From Azolla caroliniana (lineage: Eukaryota; Plantae; Polypodiophyta): a stretch of 64,000 nucleotides of DNA. This document shows positions 22,432-36,119 of this stretch, one piece after another; the stretch's first letter is position 1, and every line of letters begins with the position of its first letter. The stretch is taken from contig JBHGNT010000002.1 of the NCBI GenBank assembly GCA_043228905.1, forward strand, positions 7,068,001 through 7,132,000, given 5' to 3'. A program made the position numbers and the translations under genes. A model generated the notes under the pieces. It was not told the origin of the DNA. It ran no database searches and saw nothing but the letters and a program-made list of their open reading frames with translations.

Positions 22432-25400
22432 TCAGTTGGTATCCGGTTCGGACAGTATCCAGTTCTCGCTTGTACTCCCCCTCAAGCTTGGCAAGTCAGG
22501 GATCGTCAATCCAAGGTCTGACATGAATTGTTGAAGCTTGTCGGCTCCTAAGGCTTTGGTGAAGATGTCGGTTGTCTGAAGATTCGTATTGATGTGTTGA
22601 AGGTCGACATCTCCAACCTGTACGCGCTCTCGAATGAAGTGATAGTGCACTTCGATATGCTTTGTGTGTGCGTGGAACACCAGGTTCCGAGCCAAATATA
22701 TACTGCTCATGTTGTCGCAGTAAAGGGGAGTTGGATCCTTGATGGGAACACCCAGATCCTTCAAAATCCTCTTGAGCCATACGGCTTCACATGCCACTAC
22801 GGCTATGCCCATGTATTCCGCCTCCATACTCGAAAGAGCGATGTTAGGCTGCTTCTTGCTACTCCACGAAATCGCTCCGCTGCCGAGGGAGAAGACAAAC
22901 CCGGAGGTCGATCGTCGATCGGCTTTGTAGCCTACCCAGTCCGCATCTGTGTACCCTTTGAGTCGTATTTGTGTGGCCGATGCGTAAAGAACGTCGTAAT
23001 CCATTGTGCCGCTCACGTATCGTAATACTCGCTTAGCGCAATCAAAATGAATATCTCATAGAGTTTGCATGAATTGGCTAAGGAGTCCGACTGGATAGCT
23101 AAGGTCAGGTCGAGTGATCGTGAGATAGATGAGGCTCCCGATCAGTTGACGATATTGGGTCGGCTCACACTCTTTTGTGCCGGAGTCGGCATCCAATTTA
23201 AGGTTTCGATCAAGAGGGGTTGCCACAGATTTACACTGAGTCATCCCGAACTTGTATAACAAGTTGAGGATGTAGTGCTGTTGGGAGATCATGATGCTGG
23301 CCGGAGTTCAAATTACCTCAATGCCTAGGAAGTAATGAAGCTCCTTCATGTCCGTCATCTTGAATTTGTTGGAGAGGAGGGACTTCACCTTGTTGATGTC
23401 GACTAAATGCTCACCTCCAATAACTAGATCATCCACGTAGAGGATGATGACAATTAGGCTTCTAGAGTTGTGGCGTACGTAGAGGGGGTTGTCGGATTTC
23501 AACATTCGAAAGCCGATTTGATGAAGATAATGTGTAATCTTCGAATGCCAAGCACGCGGTGCTTGCTTGAGGCCATAGAGAGGCTTCTTGAGTTGGCATA
23601 CGGCTTTTGGATGAATGCACGATTCGAAGCCGGGTGGTTGTACCATGTACACCTCCTCGCCTAATTCGCCTTGAAGAAAGGCGTTCTTGACGTCCATTTG
23701 GTGGAGGTGCCACCCTTTAGCCGCTACGAGTGCAATTATGGTCCGCACAGTCGTCATCTTTGCCACCGGGGCAAATGTTTCTTCGTAGTCGACGCCATGT
23801 GTTTGTGCGTATCCTTTCGCTACGAGTCGAGCTTTGTAGCAGTTGATGGAGCCATCAGCATTATACTTCACCTTGTAGATCCATCTACATCCAATTGCCT
23901 TCCTATGCAGTGAGTGGGGAACGAGATCCCATGTGTCGTTCTTGCGTAGTGCACGCATCTCCTCGTTCATTGCTTCGAATCCATCACGGGTCCTTCGCGG
24001 CTTCGGAAAAGGTTTCCGACTTGCGTACTGTTGCGACCTTCATCATAAAGGCGTAATGGTATGCCATATAATCGTTGTAGCCGAATCGACTTACGGGGTT
24101 CTTTTCACGGGTGGATTGGCGGAGCTTCTCGTTTGCGGATACTACGGCGTTCTCCGCTCCGTTTGTCCGGATCTCAAGGCCTTCAAAATCACTATCGAGG
24201 GAGTGAGTCGATTCGTTGCTGTCAAAGTGATCATCTTCATACTCCGGCATTTTTGCCTTCCCTTTGTCCATTTTCGGACTCGGCTGACATGTGCTTTGAT
24301 CGCTCGGGGGCTCTTGTGGTCCGCTCAGTCGGGTCGTGATCGGGCTTTCTTTGAACTTGCACGCCATGAAAAAAATTGATAAAGAGATCAGGGAAAGACA
24401 TTCATTTGTCACCCCCATTGTTTTTAAAACACCTTTGTGTTACCATTTCTCCAACTTCGGGTCAAGCTTTTGACGCTTCTCGTCGGGGATGTGCACGTAC
24501 GCAATGGAGCCGAATATCGGAACATGCGATATGTTCGGCTTCTTTCCGAAGAACTTCTCGTGTAGAGTAAGTTCGTGCACACCCAATGTCGTACACCGAT
24601 TCATGAGATAGACGGCCGTGCTAGCTGCTTCCGCCCAATACGATTTCGGCATGTGCTTTTCGTTAAGCATAGCCCGTGCCACTTCGAGGATGTGCCGATT
24701 CTTGCATTCAGCCACTCCGTTTTGTTGCAGCGTATGTCGACACGAAAACTCTCGCCGTATTCCTTCTTTCTGTAGAAACGCCAAAAATTCGTCAGAGAAG
24801 TACTCCTTGCCTCCATTCGACCGAAGACATCGTACATGTTGGCCCGTGGCTTTCTCGACTTCATTCTTGAATTTTTGGAAGTGTCCGAACACTTCGCTCT
24901 TTTGCCGCATCGGGTAGATCCAAGTGTGCCTAGAGAAGTCGTCGATGAAGGTCACGTAGTATCGGCTTCCGCCGAATGTCGCCGTTTGAGCTAGACCCCA
25001 TACATCGGAATGAATTACGTTGAGTATGCCTTTGCTCGCGTTCCGTTCCTTCGGAAATGGGTGCCGATGTTGCTTGCCGAATTGGCAAGCGGAACACACG
25101 CCTTCAATCTCTTTCTCCGTGAATGTTGGGAGTCCGATGACGACTGCTTTTGATTGCATTGCCTTGAGCTTTTGGAGGTTGATATGGCCAATCTGCTTGT
25201 GCCATAACTCTATGTCGGAATCGGCTTTCACGCCCTTCGCGAACATAGCCGATTTCATCTCATGTGAGTCGAGAATGAACATTCGGCCCTCTCTTCGTCC
25301 GCGAGCGATGAGTTGGCCCTCGTTTTCGATGAAGCAACCGCCTTGATTAAACCGTACTTGCATTCCTTGCTCTACAATTTGGCAAACGGAGACCAAATTC

Positions 25401-26638
25401 TTCGTGATAGTTGGTACATGCAAGACATTTTTAATATAAGTTTGCTTACCTTCTTCTCCGAACGAAACATTGCCGATGTGCCGAATCGGGTGCGTAGTGT
25501 CGTCTCCGGTTTCGACATAGCCCCGGTTCTCGAAGTTCTCGAAACCATTCTTGATACGACGTCATATGGTTCGAGGCACCGGAATCGATGAACCATATAC
25601 GTCTTCCGGATTGGAGGCACTAGTGGAAGTAGAGGCTGACATAGAATTCACTCTATGTCTCATCACGAACATTCCGCCGTGATCATCATAATCGGAGTTG
25701 ATGGCGTAGTTGGTGAGTTGTCAGCTAGTGGAAGCCGACTCACATATCTTCTTACGACATTCCTCTTCGTGGTGACCGATTTTTCCGCAATATCCGCATT
25801 CGACCGACCTTTGTCAGTTCAGACCGGAATGGAAGCTCCCCCTTCTTCCGAAGGTTCCTCGATGGCTTCCGTCTTGATGCCGAAATTGCGAGTTGTTTTC
25901 ATAAGTCGGGCCTTGTCCGCCACGTCCTTGGCCGAATCGGCCTCTTCTTGCATGGTCGTGTCCTCTTCCTCCGTCCGAATGCGTGTAGAGCATGTGGCCT
26001 TCCAAGGCATTGCTCCTTGTTCGAACATGATTCTCTTCGACCAACAACATGGATTGAAGATCGAAGAAGGAGGGCGGATTCTCCCGTGCTAGTAGGGCGG
26101 TCCGCATCACGTCGAATCTTGGTGCAAGGCCGCCGAGACATACTTGCACCATCTCATCATCCTCCACGTTTACGCTTATCGAGCCGAGCGAATCACAAAG
26201 CTCCTTGATCTTCAAGGTGTAGCTCGTGACGGACATATCCCTTTGTTGGATATTATTCAACTCTTGGCAGAGTTGAAGCTTCCTCGCGGTCGTGTTGGTG
26301 GCGAAAATCTTTCGTAGATTCTCCCATGCTTCCTTCGGCGTCTTGGCTTCTCGAATGTACCTGAGCATGTGGTTGTGAACACATGTCGCCAAGCAATACA
26401 TCGCTCGGCTTGCCGCTTGCTCCCACGTTGCATAGTCGGTGTCTTCCGGGTTGGGCCGATTTTCTTGTGCTCCTTTGATGTAGCTCCAATAGCCTTGGCC
26501 GACAAGGTATTGGTGCATCTTGTACTCCCAAGATGCAAAGTTGTTGTGATCCAACTTCTCGCTAGGGAGAGCGCTCCCCATTTGAGTATTCATTGTCGAT
26601 GTAGATTTCTTCCTTCTTTTCTTTTCCTTCTCTCTCAA
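22432..26638 (-). pseudogene. Copia gag-pol (gag, PR, GAG-pre-integrase, INT, RT, RNase H) with a few stops and frameshifts
   Basis: Motifs: KLDHNNFASW; IDSGASNHM; HSDVWG; QQNGVAECKNR; YKARLVAKGYAQ; QMDVKNAFL; LYVDDL; TDADWVG; TKHIEVHYHFIRE; DIFTKAL. Confidence 0.93.
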
Positions 26639-27458
26639 ACACGAGCTATGTAGTCACACTACGATAGCAATGACCCGGTTCTTCTTGAACGTTGGCGTAG
26701 AGCACAACACACGATCACGATGAGGCGAATGGGCTAGATCGATCTACCAAATCGCTCTGATACCATGTAAAGAATTGGATATGATTCTTGTGTAGCGGAA
26801 GAGATGTGTGTTATGTGTATGTGTGAGAGGAATTAGAGAAGATAATAGAAACACAAGATAGATAAGCTAGAGAAATGAAATACTCAAGAAGAAGATGTAT
26901 ATTCACAAGTAGAATGAGAAATGAAAATGTGGCATTACAAGGTGTCACAACCGACTTGGTATGAAATATGAGGAGGGTGCTTTATATAGAGTCACCCTCT
27001 CTCTTCATTAACTTTACAACAACCTCTCTCTCTCTCTTGGGGAATGTGAAGACTCATAGTCATGGGGAATATGTAACTCATTAGTTATGTGTCATAGAAT
27101 ATGATTCTATGACACATAGTTAATGTGTAGAGAGTAGTGGTGTGACTCTTGACCTTTGAGTAATCATAGATTCTCAAAAGGTGTGTTCACACGTTGTGCT
27201 ATGTTGAGCTTGATTCTCAACAATAAGTTTCAACTTATTACATTCTATGGTAATCACTAGAACTTTCAAGAAACTTCTAGAGAATGCATTTTCGTGCACT
27301 CTTTAGATGTTTCCTAGCTTGCATGCATACCGCCATATTCTTGTATAAATACTTCGGTGCACCTTGATTACAATCAAGGTGAACAACACCAGTTACGGAA
27401 ACATAATTTAGTTCTTGCTCTTTTGTTTAGCTTCTCTCTCTCTTGTTCTCTTGTCTAT

Positions 27459-27459
<1 letters not shown>

Positions 27460-27539
<80 letters not shown>
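27460..27539. repeat. Compound microsatellite (CT)n(AT)n within the LTR of chromovirus copy 2
   Basis: Read directly from the sequence. Much shorter and interrupted at the equivalent position of the copy 1 LTRs. Confidence 0.95.
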
Positions 27540-27541
<2 letters not shown>

Positions 27542-27604
27542 TTCGTTCTCTCTTAATATTTAGCTCGCCTACTTATCCTTGTCCTGGTCTACCCGTCCGT
27601 GACA

Positions 27605-28162
27605 TTCTCTCCTTCTTGTTCTTTACTGACTGTTAGGGTTTGCTTGTGATCCTCACTCGTTGACAGCAAAGGATTCTCAACCCTCGTGCTCTGATACCAT
27701 GTAAAAGATATTGTGCAGAAGCTAAGATAAAACCGGCTAGTCCGGATAATAGTAGAACACAGAATAGAGGTTTAATGGAAAGCTTGAATACACGGGAGAG
27801 ACAGAGAGAGCAGAACAGTAAACTCAATTCAAAATAATAACACTTTGTACATACAAATGTCCTGCAGAACACTTTTTATACAAGCCCTTGAAAGGACTAA
27901 CAGAAGTACTAACAAGTACTTCAATGCTCATAGGAGCAACTAACTCTAACTCCAAGGAATATGCTTACATACTAGGCTTGTACCGTAGGTTCCAACGGCC
28001 TACCGGTTCTTACTATTCTGAAGTACGATCTGTTTCTCCGATCCAACTCTAGGTTCCAGATACCGATATATCTGGACACCTATCCAGTTCTCCGTTCCGT
28101 ATACCAATCCGGCTCTGGCTTATTTAGTCGATCCAAATCCGGTTGAGCTTGCCCGCTCAACA
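27605..28162 (-). mobile_element. Copia F remnant: 5' LTR (27700-28162), iMet PBS and short leader
   Basis: TGTAAAAGA...CTCAACA termini, with GCTCTGATACCA at 27688-27699. The LTR resembles the 57039/63131 family (shared CACTTTTATACAAG, GGACT-ACAGAAGTACT). Confidence 0.8.
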
Positions 28163-28963
28163 ATTCTCATATATGAAAGGAACACGAGATCTTCAAAGCA
28201 ATACTACAACAAGTACTTTGAGAGGTACTTTTGGTGTTGCAATGAAGGTTTGAATAAGGGTATTTCTAATAAGGTGCAATTTAGATTGTCCCTGAAGTAA
28301 AAATAAATAAATAAATGTAAAACTGACCTCACCATTCCCATAGTTTATACAAGTTATTGACCGATTGACATTTTCCAGGGTGAAAGGTGAGAATTGTTCT
28401 GGCTCCTCTGAGGAGACATCAATTGGATGTTAGACGTAGCCACCTCTCTCGGATATCAACGAACACCTTACCCAATGCCTTCCTCTTCTACTCATACTTT
28501 CTTCAGCAAATGAAACAATGTGCCATATCCACATATTATCACAAACTTTACCTTTTTGGCTCCACCTCTCAATTTCATATTGACCAATGAAGACATTGTG
28601 CGGAACCGATAGTGTAGGTATGTAGGTATACGGGCATACGAACATGCCGAATCTGGCCAAATGATACATACATGGTCACAGAGCGAGACAATGACAATGA
28701 ATGATTGATGGTGGTCGTGTGTGTGTGCATGCACTTGTGGCTCGTGGTGGCGTATTGTTAAGGAGTAACCCTCAATGCTTAACACTTCAGTATTTGTATA
28801 CAATAGAGATAGAATCATAGATGCTCGATGGTCTGTCTCGCCAATAAGGGATTAATGACCCCATTTTTGTAATTTCTAAATATTAGGGGTCCAGATTTGA
28901 GGTTAGTTTTTCTTTCTTTCTTCTTCTTCTTCTTCTTCTCGCGGATCTTTCAATTTTGGACGA

Positions 28964-29450
28964 CTATGGCGATTCAATTCGACAGGGCGGCTCTGTCCCT
29001 GCAGGCTTTCTCACTGAAGCCAGCATCCGAACCACTTCCCTCATCGTAGGCCTCTCTGACGGCAGAAACCTCGTACACAGCAATGCAATCTTCAATGTGA
29101 GTATCATTTCATCAACAATTAGCGGATCATTTATGTGTAGCTTTGCATCAAAGATCTCGTTTATGTCTCGTTTAAGATCAATGCATTCTTTTATCCAAGT
29201 TACAAGATCTCCTTCTTGACTCTGAGGTTGGACTGAGTATTGACCTGTAAGTAGCTCTAGCAAAACTACTCCAAAACTGTATATGTCACTCTTTTCTGTG
29301 ACTTTCATTGTATAGGCATACTCTGAAAAGAAAAAAGAAAAATAATGTATGCATGTATGAGAAGACATTTCTTTTGGAATGAACATATCCATAATGTATG
29401 TATGTATGCATTGAAATTGCTTTTGAAAGAGAGAGATCACAACAATGCAA

Positions 29451-29481
<31 letters not shown>

Positions 29482-32400
29482 GCTTTGAATTTTTGCTAGA
29501 AGAAAAAGAACAATTATGTATGTACGCATCAAAAATGTTTTTGGATGAAAAAGATCAACATTGCATGTATACAAGGATGAAATTTCACTTTTGGAAGAAA
29601 GAAAGCACTAATGTATACAAGTATGCATTAAAACTGCATTTGGAAGAAAGAGATCATGAATGCATGTAATGAATTAACATTGTAGTTGGAAGAAAGAGAT
29701 AAACAATTATGTGTGCATTCAAGCATCCATTAGAAAACAGAAATAAAAAATGTATGTATGCATTTCATTTTCTTTTGAAATAATGAAATCAATATCAAGC
29801 GTCCGTTAGAAAACAGAAATAAAAAAATGCATGTATGCATTACATTTCGTTTTGAAAGAATGAAATCAACATCAAGCGTCCATTAGAAAACAGAAAAAAA
29901 AATGTATGTATGCATTACATTTTCTTTTGAAAGAATGAAATCAACATCGTATGGAGATGTATGGAAAATAACTGCTTTTGAAAGAATGACATCCACACCA
30001 AGCGTCCGTTAGAAAACAGAAATAAAAAAATGTATGTATGCATTACATTTCCTTTTGAAAGAATGAAATCCACATCAAGTGTTCGTTAGAAAACAGAAAT
30101 AAAAAATGTATGTATGCATTACATTTCCTTTTGAAAGAATGAAATCAACATCGTACGAAGATGTATGGAAAGGAGCTGCTTTTGGAAGAAAGAAATCAAC
30201 AACATATGAATGCATTGTGAGCATAAAGACATATGGACACAGATTACTTTTTGAAGATATGCATGCATTAAACTCTCAAAGATTTGTGAACAGACATAGT
30301 AAGTATGAAGATGTATGTAAAAGAACTGGTTTTGGAAGAAAGAAATTAACAATCCATGAACGTCCCGTAAGCATGACGATGTATGGGCACAAATTACATT
30401 TGGAAGTTACAAATATATATATATATATATATATATAATAAGCATGTAACAGAATATCTGTGGACAGACATTGTTTTTTGGAAGAAAGAGAACAAGTAGG
30501 TATATGGTATTGCATGAAAACAATGAAAATTTAAAGAGAATTATGTTTTGGAAGAATGAAGTCATCAAACATATATGAATGAAAAACATGAAGATGATGT
30601 GTGGACAAGAAAGTATCCGTGACTTACCAGGTGCAATATAACCGTATGATCCAGCCACGACAGACATAGATTTGGACTGAGAGACATCAATCAATTTTGC
30701 CATCCCAAAATCGCCCACATGAGCTTCAAACTTCTCATCCAATAAAATGTTGTTGGATTTTATGTCCCTATGTATAATACAAGGTTTGCAGTCATGATGC
30801 AAGTATGATAATCCCTCCGAAGCTCCAATTGCAATCTGGTACCTCATTCTCCAGTCCAATTGACATGAATCACTGTGTAATAGCTCACCTAGGCTGCCCT
30901 TCGGCATGTACTCATACAAGAGGAGATTGACATCTACATGGTAGCAGAAGCCATATAACTTGACAATGTTTCGATGTCTTATTTTACTTAGCGTAGTAAT
31001 TTCTGCCTTAAAACTCTCCAAACTTGATCCATCCCTATCAACAAGCAAACGTTTTACTGCAATGATTTTACCAGAAGGCATATATGCTTTGAATACTGTA
31101 CCACATGCACCCTTTCCGATTATATTTTCAGCTGAGAAGTTGTGAGTTGCTTGCATTATATCGTGGAAACTGAATCCAGGCTTTGGCAGTAATTGTGAAT
31201 CAGAAGCAAATCTTTTCTCCAAGGGAGTTGACCTTGTTGCAGATCTTCGTAAGCACCACCAAATCCCTATCATAATCACTGTAATTGCTGCAGCAATCAC
31301 AACTGCAATGGCACCCACAGTTTGTTGAATGGAATTTGTCTCTTGTGACGTAAAATCAGGGGCAGTGATACTCATACAGGCTGGGAGTGTTGGAATTCCA
31401 CAGAGTCCATCATTACCCATGAAACAACTAGTCGGCATTTGTTGGAAAGTGGATAATTTTGGAAGAGGTCCCGTGAAATGGTTAAAGGAAACATTGAACA
31501 CAATGAGACTTTTTAAACTTGCAAATGTTTGAGGAATAATTCCAAAGAATGCGTTCTCTTCCAAGTACAAGTACTCAAGAAGTGCCAAATTACCGAGTTC
31601 TGATGGAAGATGCCCTGTGAGCCTATTGAAACTCAGGTTAAGGGCCATCTGTAGACTTCCAATCTGTCCAATATCTGGTGGAATCTCGCCAGACAAGTTG
31701 TTTCCACCAAGTTGGAGCTCAGAAAGACGAGTAAGATTGCCCAAAGTTTGAGGTATTATACCTGTGAGTTGGTTATCTGAAAGTAATAGTTGATTCAACT
31801 GAGGAAGTCTGCCAAGCTCATCTGGAATAGATCCGGAAAGAGAGTTTCGGCTTAAATCAAGCTGGAAAAGTTGTGAGCAGTTTGCAAGGTCTGAAGGAAT
31901 GCTTCCGAGGAGAGAATTGGAAGATGCATTGAAGATTTCTAGTTTTTGCAGAGCTCCGAGCACCCTTGGGATCTTTCCTGTCAAGTTGTTAGCAGCAAGG
32001 TTTATGCTTTGTAGGCTTATACATTTTCCAAGCTCTGGTATAATACCACCTTGAAACTGATTTTGAGAGAGATCTAGCTCTATGAGTCCTTGAATTTGTC
32101 CAAGTTCTAAAGGGATTGTGCCTTGCAGTCTGTTTCCATTGAGGTGAAGCCTGAGAAGAGAAGTGCAAGTACTTACCCCTATGGGAATTTCACCAGATAA
32201 ACCATTGGACCATAGATTTAGCAATAGAAGTTGTTTATTCATGCATAGGTATCCAGGAATGTGGCCATGAAGATTGTTTACTGATAAATCTAACACTGAC
32301 AGGTTACTATTGTTTCCAATGAGGGGTGGGATGATGCCATATAAATTATTCTCAGAAAGTTGTAAAGTGGTTAGCACTGTAGAGTCCTGAAATCCCATTG

Positions 32401-33574
32401 GAATAATGCTTGTAAGGCTGTTTATTGAGAGATCCAACTTTTGCAATTTGCTCAAATATGCAAGCCCAGAAGGTATGGCTCCAGAAAGATTGTTTTCAAA
32501 GAGATGGATGAGCTCTAGTCTTTCCAAGGTGCTTATTTCTATGGGTATGTTGCCTTCTAGATCATTTTGAGACATATCTATATGTATCAAAGATGTACAA
32601 TTGCAAAGCTCTTTTGGTATTTGGCCGTTCAAATGATTTTTATAGAGATAAATCTTCTCTAGCATTTTAAGTTTGCCGAGTTCACTTGGGATTGGGCCAG
32701 TTAATGTGTTTTGATATAAGGCAAGCATTTTGAGACTGCTGCAATTGCCAAGCTCGTGAGGAATACTTCCGGAAATCCCACTTTGCCATAATACTAAATC
32801 TGTGAGACTCTGCATTCGTCCTATTGATCCTGGGATAGTTCCTTCTAACTTGTTCTGAGCCAAACCTAACACTTCTAACCTTCTACAATTACTTATCTCA
32901 GGTGGAATGTTTCCCGAGAGGGAATTTGATCCAACTCGAAGGACCTCCAGGTTCATGAGATTGCCTATAGATGATGGCAAAGAACCTGTGAGATTGTTTG
33001 TATAGATTAACAACTGTCGTAGAGATGACATGTTTCCTACCTCATCTGGAATGCTACCAGAAAAGAAGTTTGCAAACATGTGAAGGATTCCTAGACTCGT
33101 TAAATTGCCAAGTTCTTTAGGAATTCGCCCTGATAGCTTGTTGCTGCTGAGATCAAGGGCAATGAGGTTGGTTAGCAGGCCTAGGCCACTTGGTATTTCA
33201 CCAAACAAAGCATTGTAAGAGAGGTTCAATATTTTCAATTGTCTACAGTTTGCAAGCTCTGATGGGATTGATCCTGAAAACTTGTTTCGTGAAAGATCAA
33301 GTATTTTTATTCTGGTCATTTCACAGATAATTGTTGATACATTTCCAGTTAAGTTCATATCTTGAAGACTCAAATTTGTTACTATATCATTGTCACATGT
33401 AATGCCAATCCAATCACATGGAGAAGGCTGAGAAGCATTCCAGTTCTCCAAATAGTTCAGAGGATCTTGTAATTCACTTCGGATCCTTAGCAAAGTGATT
33501 CCATCAGGAGAGAGTGCCAATAAAAAAGGAAATAGTATAAGAAAAGAGAGCACAGTACAGCCAATTTCGAACAT
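28964..33574 (-). CDS. LRR receptor-like Ser/Thr kinase, subfamily XI, PSY-receptor (At1g17230/At2g33170/At5g63930)-like. Exons 33574-30628 and 29322-28964, 1101 aa
   Basis: Signal peptide; N-cap PCDWIGITC; more than 20 LxxLxLSxNxLxGxIP repeats; GNDGLCG C-cap; transmembrane AIAVVIAAAITVIMIGIWWCL; kinase GKGACGTV, AVKRL, HRDIKSNN, DFG, GSYGYIAP|EYAYTMKVTEKSDIYSFGVVLLEL. The GT-AG intron 30627-29323 sits at the conserved APE position. Spliced length is 3306 nt, in frame with no stops. Confidence 0.93.
29720..30150. repeat. Degenerate tandem repeat (about 67-bp core) in the RLK intron
   Basis: Repeated AAGCGTCCGTTAGAAAACAGAAATAAAAAAATGTATGTATGCATTACATTT...GAAAGAATGAAATCAACATC, about 5 copies, with more diverged copies on both sides. 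Confidence 0.85.
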
Positions 33575-36071
33575 GATGTAGAATGACGACAAATATATGT
33601 AAGCCAGAATCTCTATTGGTCAAGTACCTATTTTTTCGTCAATCCCAAGAAGGAATGCTGTTCTAGAAACCTAGCAAAACCACTCCATCCGGAGGAAAAT
33701 GCAAATAGAAGTGGAACTGATGTATTAAAAGAGAGCATTGTCTTTTCAACCCTAAACATGATGTGGGACTTTATGTATAGGTATGTATATATAAGAGGGA
33801 TCGATAGTCAAGAACTCATTTTCCCTTCAAATTCCAAGAAGAAATGTCATCAGACATTTGCTTTCACATTAGTTCAAAACATGGGTCATGATATATGTGA
33901 TGTAGAATTTTTTGATATGAAGCTAATTTGAGACATGGATTTGATTTGTAGAGTTATTATAAAAGCAATGGCACAAAGTGAGTAAGAAAGAGTGTATTGA
34001 ACATAATATTATTATGAGAGAAACACAACCAAAAGCAGTCTCTTGCAGCTTTGGGTGGAAATTCATATTTTATTATCAAAAGGATGGGTCAATGTAAGAA
34101 GGGCAAAATGCAGAGTAAAAAAACTGAGAATAATGGACCATAAGATGGAGCATCTGAGACTACAAAGATCATAAGGTGAAAATAAATTTATTCCATCTAT
34201 TATACAACTTTAGGCCGGCTATAGACCCGGAAGAAAAAACACCGAGAATAATTAATCCCAACTTTGTATTGATGGGTTATATTCATGTATAGGATGAATG
34301 ACATAAAATCCCCAGAACCAATTGAATTTGGAAACTTACTGATTCCCAAATGATAAGTGGAGACCAATAAGAACGCAAAAATGGAGAATGATTCTTTTCT
34401 CTTAGTCAGCAATCGGCAACAGAGACTGGTCTATTCCTCCAAAATCAACACTTCATCCTGTTTTTCTCTGTTTGGGGTAAATGTTTGAAAAGCAACACAT
34501 GTAATTACGCTTTCTGGGTTGTCCTTTTGTCATCAAGAATGCTTCCATGAAATCATGTTGCATTCTGGAATCAGAGAGAACAACATAATTATTGACTTTC
34601 AAACCTACTTACTATGGAGTTTTGAGGAGCTCAACTTACATTATACTTTTTTTTGAGTGACAAGATTCCTCGGACACTTTCAAGGATAGTGGAGTAAGAA
34701 AGGAAATATTCTTATTCTCTTTCAGCCTAGTTAATAAGAGGCAACGAGAGGTTTTTGAAGGCAGGAATCCTGGAAAGATGCAAGAAATTTAGAAAGAGCC
34801 AAACCATAATTGTTTAGTATGGGTGGGAAATGAACTTTTTAGCTATTGATAGTCTCATTGTTCATGGCCGACAATAATATCTCTTGCAATAATATATAGG
34901 TGTGCCCTATCTACGTATTCTTGCGTTATCGCTTATTATCCAATGACATAACATTCTCGTTCACTTTGGTTTCCCTTGAATCTTTAAACTTTGATTTCTC
35001 TCATAACATGCTTAGCTCAATCATCAAAGACAATCATTAATGAACTATGATTCATTCGAGTGTATGAGTGAGTGGAATGTCAATCTTCTTACATGGATTT
35101 AATTTCAAATGATCCAACATTCCCATTCCAACAAAGTATAACCATCCTCAAATCTCATGGACAAACAATCTTTATGCTTTTTTCTTTCAGCCATACAAAA
35201 TGCTTTCCTATTGAATGAAATAAACATGAACTTTCAAGCTTATTGTTTTGTTGAATATTCTAGCGTAAAATACTTGTTCCAATCTTTATTATTAATGCAA
35301 ATGGGTAAAAGCATAGAGGCACTTGATTATACTCGGGATAATATATGCCTAATGAGCTAAAGATCTTTGAATGCAGATAAAAGGTTTTCGTTTAAGTAAA
35401 TTAGAATTCATTTAATGATGAAAGGGAATTCATTCTTAAAAGTTATGATATGCTAGTGGCAAAACTAAAAGCGTTACACACAACGTGTCATTCTTGAAGG
35501 ATAGGTTTAGGTTCTAAGGAAAGGGATATGCAAATTCTATTTTATTAGAATGAATGCATTTGTCAACAATATTTAAGAAAAAGCCCTAAAATTGGAAGGA
35601 AACCAAAAGTATCTTAATGATTGAATTCCACTAGATTGAACTCGATACACTAAAACACAAATTCAATATAAACCAAAATTGTGTAGAAAAAGACAAATAT
35701 AATTACTATTAAGCACTATGATAGAATCCTTGCAATAGATTACTTTGGAAAGAGAGCTCGATTTGATTGTGAAGGTTTAAAAGTATCTGAAGAGAGATGA
35801 AAAACATTAACCTATTGCATGTTAAATTGATAATAATTGCAACAAGTCCTTAGTTGAGTGATGAGTCACAACAAGAAATTGAAAGGGATTTCCTTACTAT
35901 TTGAAGAATAAACTGTAACAAAATTTGAAGGTTTCCACTTTTATAGTGACTACTAACACAATCGTTATTGCTCAAAGCATCATAATCATGTTATAGAAAC
36001 AAGGTCCACACTTGTCATCCAATTATCTACTCAGAAAGGAATACTCGACAACATGGAATCAAAATAGTAGA

Positions 36072-36074
<3 letters not shown>

Positions 36075-36117
<43 letters not shown>

Positions 36118-36119
36118 AC
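36075..36119. repeat. (CA)n microsatellite
   Basis: Read directly from the sequence. Confidence 0.95.

Larger units (their letters stand above)
21814..27222 (-). mobile_element. Ty1/Copia element E, full length
   Basis: LTRs 21814-22382 and 26766-27222 (TG...CA). TSD ATAAG (21809-21813 and 27223-27227). iMet PBS TGGTATCAGAGC at 26765-26754. PPT TTGAGGGGGCG at about 22383-22393. Confidence 0.96.
18579..27604 (+). mobile_element. Tcn1-like chromovirus copy 2, 5'-truncated, with its 3' LTR split by Copia E
   Basis: Highly similar to copy 1 from the protease onward (18579 corresponds to about 1464). YLDD is intact. Chromodomain at about 21500-21660. PPT AGAGGAAGGATAA. 3' LTR is 21721-21813 + 27228-27604. 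Confidence 0.92.

Noticed and set aside
30407-30627. C-terminal part of the 1061-aa ORF in the track
   Set aside because: Read-through into the intron past the GTAAGT donor. The kinase continues in exon 2 at 29322. The track's TTG start at 33592 was also replaced by the ATG at 33574.
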